Source: the human T2T-CHM13v2.0 reference genome, Homo sapiens
DNA length: 64,000 nt
Assembly (NCBI RefSeq): GCF_009914755.1
Contig: NC_060947.1
Direction: 5' to 3' (one strand)
Part shown: one piece after another, positions 57,865 through 64,000 of the stretch
How the letters are laid out: each line of letters begins with the position of its first letter
Position numbering within the stretch: the stretch's first letter is position 1
Notes under the pieces: model-generated
Database searches by the model: none
Seen by the model: the letters and a program-made list of their open reading frames with translations, nothing else
What the model was told of the DNA's origin: nothing
Translations under genes and position numbers: made by a program

Positions 57865-60800
57865 TGTTCCACCATTAAATGTGATTTTTTTGCTGTAGAT
57901 TTATAGTAGATATCTTTCACAAATTAAGAATATGTTATTCTTTTCCAACTTTACCTAACATTAGGAAGATGCTGTTAATTAGGTCTATGTAAAACACTCA
58001 TGTATGTTCCTGAAGATTCAGCTGAATCTAAAGTTTCATGAGATCACTCTAGCCAATGAATTTCCAATCATTCAGTGATTGTGATTATATTAACATTTAT
58101 GCAAACTGTTTTTTAAGAAGTGATTTTTAGCATGATTCTACTCATTCATGTTTGTATGCATTTGTTAATCACAGATTCAAAAGTTCTAAGAATGAAAACA
58201 TGCTCAAATTGTATATATGAACTCTGAGGAACAACAGAATAAATGTTAATAAAACTTTAGTGGCGAGATCAAATAAACTAAAATATAGAAACTAAACTTC
58301 AAATCAATAAAAAAAACAAAACATTGGAAAAATCAAAGAGTGAAAATCCTTAAGATTAATTAACGGGAAGTATCAGATTCAAATTTGTCAGTGAGGTGTA
58401 ATCAACAACGAAGCGCATAACCTGTGAAAAATGTGTTACAACTGTAAGCTCAGTCTGCTGACTGAAAACAGTAATGTTTTATCAATACTAAAATAAGATC
58501 TGCTAGAATGGTGTATGTTATGTTGAGAATAGCTAGTTTCATGAAATAATTTGAGGCATCTATTTAGGTGATTATATAATTTCTATATTTTAGTATGTTA
58601 ATGTAGTGAATTACATTAATAAATCCTCTCATATTAGGTCATATTTATTTCATGGGAAAAGCCTCATTGGTCATGGCTCATGATGTATTTTTTAATATAC
58701 TGCGGGGTTCAAATTGCTTATATTCTATTGAGCATTCTGAATCTATCTTTGTAAGTGATATTGGTCCCATAGTTTTCTTTTTTCTGTTGTTTGCCCAAAT
58801 TTTTGGCATCACAATTATGCTAGACTTGCAAAATGAGTTGAAAATATTTCGTTGTTTTTCTATGCTCCAGAATACTTCTGAGAGCATAAGAGTGATTTGT
58901 TTCTTGAGGATTTGATAGAATTTGTCTATTTCAATTTTTGGGCCCCATGCCTTGTTTTAGGGATAAATCTATGACTACTTTTCTGATTTTTGGTCAGTTC
59001 AGATGTTCTACCCCTTCTTCAGTCAATTTTAGCAATTCATGTTCTCCTATAAAGTAATTCATTAAGTACTGATTTTCAAAATTTTATGGTCATAAAATTA
59101 TACATAATTACATTTAATGGAACATTAAATATCTTCCACATATGTAGTTATTTTAACTACTGTTCTAAGCATTGTTGACTTATATCTTCTATCTGTTTTC
59201 CTTGATCAGACATCCCCATAGGTTTAGCTATTTTAGTAGTCTTTTCAAATCAATTGTTTCAGTTTTTATCCATCAGCACTACCCTTTGTTGTTTGTTTGG
59301 TTTTGTACTTGTCAATATTTGTTTAATTCATGCTTTTATATTTATGTTCACTTTTACTTTCTCTGAGTTAACCTTGTTCTTTTTCTAACATCTTGAGTTT
59401 CTCATAAATTTATTTAGGCTATGTATTCTTTGAGTGCCATTTTGGCCATGCTCCATAAGTTTTGCTGTACAGTGCTATCACTCTTGCTCATTTCTAAATA
59501 GTTTGCAATGTTAACTTTAATGTTTTTCTTTGACCTGGAGCCATTGAGAAGGAATCGTTTAATAATTATGTAGAAATTCTTTATAATTTTTTGGTTAACC
59601 ATTATTGCTAATTTCTAGTTGTGTTAATATGTGTTCAGTGTATGCAGCCTTAATGTTTTATGCTTTTCTGAATTTGCTGAGATTTCCTTTGTAATTTTAT
59701 ACCTAGTTATATATAGTCAAATTCTGTGCATGTCCCATATATGTTTACAGACTAACTATTCTCTGCTTGTTGGATGCATTCATGTACATAGCTATTGTAT
59801 GAAACTCATGAATTTTGTTCCCCAAATTCTCTTCATCTTTATTCTTGTTTCTACTTGACCTGTTGTCAGGTTTCTGAGCGAGAGGTGTGGCAATTTTTTC
59901 ATTAATGTTGTGGGTTGCCATTTCTTCTTGTTTTCTTGTTCATATTTATTTTCTTTATTTCAAAACTGTGTTCTTATGAATAATCTAATGATTGGTGTAT
60001 CTTCCTAATGGATTGTACCAATGCGAAATATCACTCTTGTCCCTTTAAATTTTTGTCTTGTTTTATTTTGCCCCACATTAATATCGCTACATCTACTTTA
60101 TTTTTGTTGGCATTGTCATCTGTTTTTCTCAGTTCATTTATTTTCAAGTTTCAAGTGTCATTTTGTTTAAAGTGTGTCTCTTTTAAACAGGATGTGTTTC
60201 AATCTCGTTATTTGTTCAATCTGAGATTATCTTTTAGTAAGGAGATTCAACCCATTCTGGTTTAATATTATTGTTGATACTTATGATTATCCCTGCCATC
60301 TTATTTTACCTTTTCTATTATCATGATTCTTGTTGGTTTTCTCTTTCCAGTAATTTATGGGATTGGTGGTGTTTCCGTATTTTATTTTTTGTTCTCTAGT
60401 AGTTTTTTGGAAGGTTTATATTATATTTCGTATTCCAGTGGCAATGCTTAATTTCTTCAAATTTACTCAAAGATATATTCTGCATACATTTCTAGAATTT
60501 ATGATTATTTATATACTTATCTGAAAAAGGCAACAACCATTGCAATATTTTACCTTCCTTTTTTCTTTTCTCTTAAACCTCTCAAGTTTTCATGTTGAGA
60601 TCATCTAGGATTTAGTCCATATTGCTACTATTTTTTTACAATAATAATTATTTAGATTTAGTTACAGTTTTTTACGGTTTCACTGTTCGCCATTGTTTCT
60701 TTTACTCCACATAATCCCTTCAGATTCAGTTTTTATTTTGCTAGAGTACATCCTCTAATAATTCACTCAAAGATGAATAATGGTTGGTGAAATATTTGTT

Positions 60801-62054
60801 CTTGCATGTCTGAAAAATATTTTCCTTTTGCAACAACCCTCAGCCTTCCAACTTAAATTTTAGTCTTTCTTAGTATAGTATTCTTGCTTCCAAATTATTT
60901 TTTCTCATAAATTTGAAGCTAATCCATTACTATTTCTGAACATGAGTATTGCTAATGAGCAATCGATACTAGCCTGGTTCTCTTTCCTGTGCAGGTAGCC
61001 TGCTCGTTGCTTTGGAAACTTTTACAAATTTTGTTGTCTTTATCCTTGGAGTTCTCATATTTCACCAATATGTGTCTTAGGTACAGATATCTTTATATTA
61101 AACTATCTTTTTCAGTGACTGGTATGTGATTTTTATTTGAAGACTTTTGTCTTTCTTCAACTTTGAGAAATGGTGTACTGTTATCGATGTTTTAGGTCAA
61201 TTTCCCTTTCAATTTTTCTTTGTTCTTCTTTAACTCCTAGTTACTCTGCTTCCTTGGGCATTAGTCCTGATTCGTGAGTTTGGTGACTCCATTTTATGGT
61301 GCTGGTTTTCCCCAAATGTTTGTGAATTTTATGTTAGTGCTCATCATGGGTTTTGAGAACCTCTGTTTGCTTCTAGATGACATTTCTGTTTCTCACAGCC
61401 TGCACACTCATCAAGATTTTGAGAAAGGACAGGCCATGCTGCTGAGTGGAGTGTATAAGTAGTTCATCTTCTGGGTATGAAGGCTTCCTGTTTCTCCTAG
61501 GTGTGGCCAACCACTTGGTCTTGCTTCTGCAACCTGCTTTGCTTTTCCAGCCCAAGCATCCAAAATACTTTTTCTAGCCTGAGAAACCATCTATGCTGCC
61601 CACTACCTGACACAGTTAGGCAGAGGAGAATGAATAAAATCAGTCAGCTGCTCAAAATGGGGTACCCTAATAATGATTTTCCTGTGGCTTCCATATACCA
61701 CCTGTTTCTCCTGTCTCTGGGTTGGGAGATCATATGGAGTCATAGCCTCCTTATTCAGTCATCCTCTACTACATATGTTTTAGGCTGTGCTTTTCTCCAT
61801 TAATTTTATTCCCTTTACCTTTTGACTCAAAAGGATTCCTCAAAATGTATGACAGGCATATATATTTCTTATTTTTAATTTCTGTTGTGAATATATTAAT
61901 TTTGAATATATATTTTCTGTCATTTATAGAGATTAGGGGCTGGAGAGGAAAGCAGCCATGTGAGCCTATTCTACCTTTAGTCACTTTCTACAGGGATAGG
62001 CCTGCTATAGTCATACTTTCTTTCTCCTTAATTAGGGAAAAATCTGGAATACAC

Positions 62055-62395
<341 letters not shown>

Positions 62396-62652
62396 TTATG
62401 GGAAGTACTTCATACAAACTATGAAATTGTGAGCAAAGTCTAACATCCCATAAGATGATGGTTTGTGAGGAATGCCCTGGGCCCAAAGGGAGTGATCCTA
62501 ATAGGCCATAAAAAAAAGAACTACAATCACTTTTAAAGTTTGCTCATGTTAAACCATGAATCCACATACAGTGCAGAATGTACTAAATTCTTGAACAACA
62601 TTGTAGGCTGATTGTTTTCATAGAACATTGACTTAAGATACCTAAGTTTCAA

Positions 62653-62826
62653 GCTGGGCATGGTGACACATGCCTGTAGTCCCAGCTACTCAGGTGCCTG
62701 AAGAGGGAAGATCACTTGAGGCCAGGAGTTTGAGGCTATAGGGCATTGTGATCATGCCTGTGAATAGTCACTGAACTACAGCTTGGGCAATATACCGAGA
62801 CCCCATCTCTATTAAAAATAAATAAA
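62653..62826 (+). mobile_element. FAM (fossil Alu monomer)
   Basis: Monomer retaining gcctgtgaatagtcactg and an A-rich tail. Confidence 0.8.
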
Positions 62827-64000
62827 TATATACACAAGTACATAGATAAATAAATAAATAAATGGGCCTATGTTTAAAGCTTCTGCTTGAAAGAATAAAG
62901 AAAAAGGTAGTTTTAAAATGGAAAGTCATAAACATCCAAATCTTAAAAATTCATGAATTTAGATCATATTGGAAGTAGTACTGGTCAGATAGTTTGGTGG
63001 AGATGGAGAAAGAGTGTTTTGCAGTGTCAGAGTGGCTTCATTAAACACAAAGGGAGAAGTGATTTGCAGCTGGAAATTTCAGATTCACCATAAAATTAAC
63101 ATACATGCCCGATGGGTTCTCATCTAATAAAACTGAGAGAGAGTGCTTGGTATCCTAAAGGCAAAACAACTTAATAAAATTAATCTATCGTGCTCCTAGT
63201 GCTTAGGTACTGCAAGGCTTCAATGATGCATTTTTCATTAAGTGACTGGGTAAATATAATTCTCTGTGTTAGAAAGTCTGAGTCCTTATTCTAATTTATT
63301 GAAATTAGAAATAAAGAACTTACTTAATGACTCATCAGTGTTGGGAAGACAAAGGGGAGGGCACCGTTTTATGGTGGCCCCTATGACTAGAAGAGGGGTA
63401 GTATGAATTTTTATTGGGCTTGAACCAACAGGACTCTTCCGGGACTCATTTATTCTTCCCAGACACCTTTGTCCCAATTTTAGGGGCTAGACAAACTCCA
63501 TACTACCCTCATTTAAATCTTCTAATGTGCATTGAACTCTCTGCCTTTATGTAAGGGGCAGACTGAGCCAGGAAAAAGGAGCTAAGCTAGAGCCTGACCT
63601 TTGTATTTCTGTCATGTTTTACAGAGTAATCCCAGCAAGGGAAAGAACTGACTCAGGGCAGGTTCAGCCTAGCTAGTGTTATCTTTGTGTGTGTTGGAAG
63701 GAGCAGAGAGGGCTAATGAGAAGGCATCTGCTTGGGTTGATGTGAAAAGAACCCTGGGACAAAGGTCTCTTATCCCAAAAGATATACCTCACCTGCCTGC
63801 CCCTTTCACCATAGGTTTCCAACATAGTTAGTCATTCAGTCCCTTGAAAAAATAGAAGTCTTCTTTTAACATGCAAGCGCTCTCAGGAGGTATAAATTGT
63901 TCATGTTTCACAAGTCCTCTCAAGCGCTGGAGTCAAATAAGACTCATGCCCCCAATTGTCACTTATCTTAGGTAAATTCTTAATCTGTCTTAGCCTCAGC

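Overview
Primate, most likely human, euchromatic intergenic DNA: Alu, L1PA2, MIR, L2, L3, MaLR and DNA-transposon remnants make up much of the window. I see no intact cellular protein-coding gene, RNA gene or CRISPR array. The main signal is a decayed olfactory-receptor (OR) cluster. It includes one near-full-length family-11-like OR pseudogene (10185-11127, +), an internally deleted OR (27195-27558, -) facing a 71-bp paralogous OR 5' stub, an old OR relic split by a MIR (about 34900-35970, -), and several weaker candidates. Other notable items: a full-length L1PA2-type element with intact ORF1 and ORF0, a 15-bp TSD and a possible short 3' transduction; a twin-primed L1; a recent 372-bp templated insertion with a repair scar at its junction; a pair of old ~320-bp paralogous non-coding blocks; a mariner transposase fossil; and a 10-nt Alu stub with a long TSD. 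I found no convincing new biological system. All repeat subfamily calls are by eye, and boundaries of old repeats are approximate.
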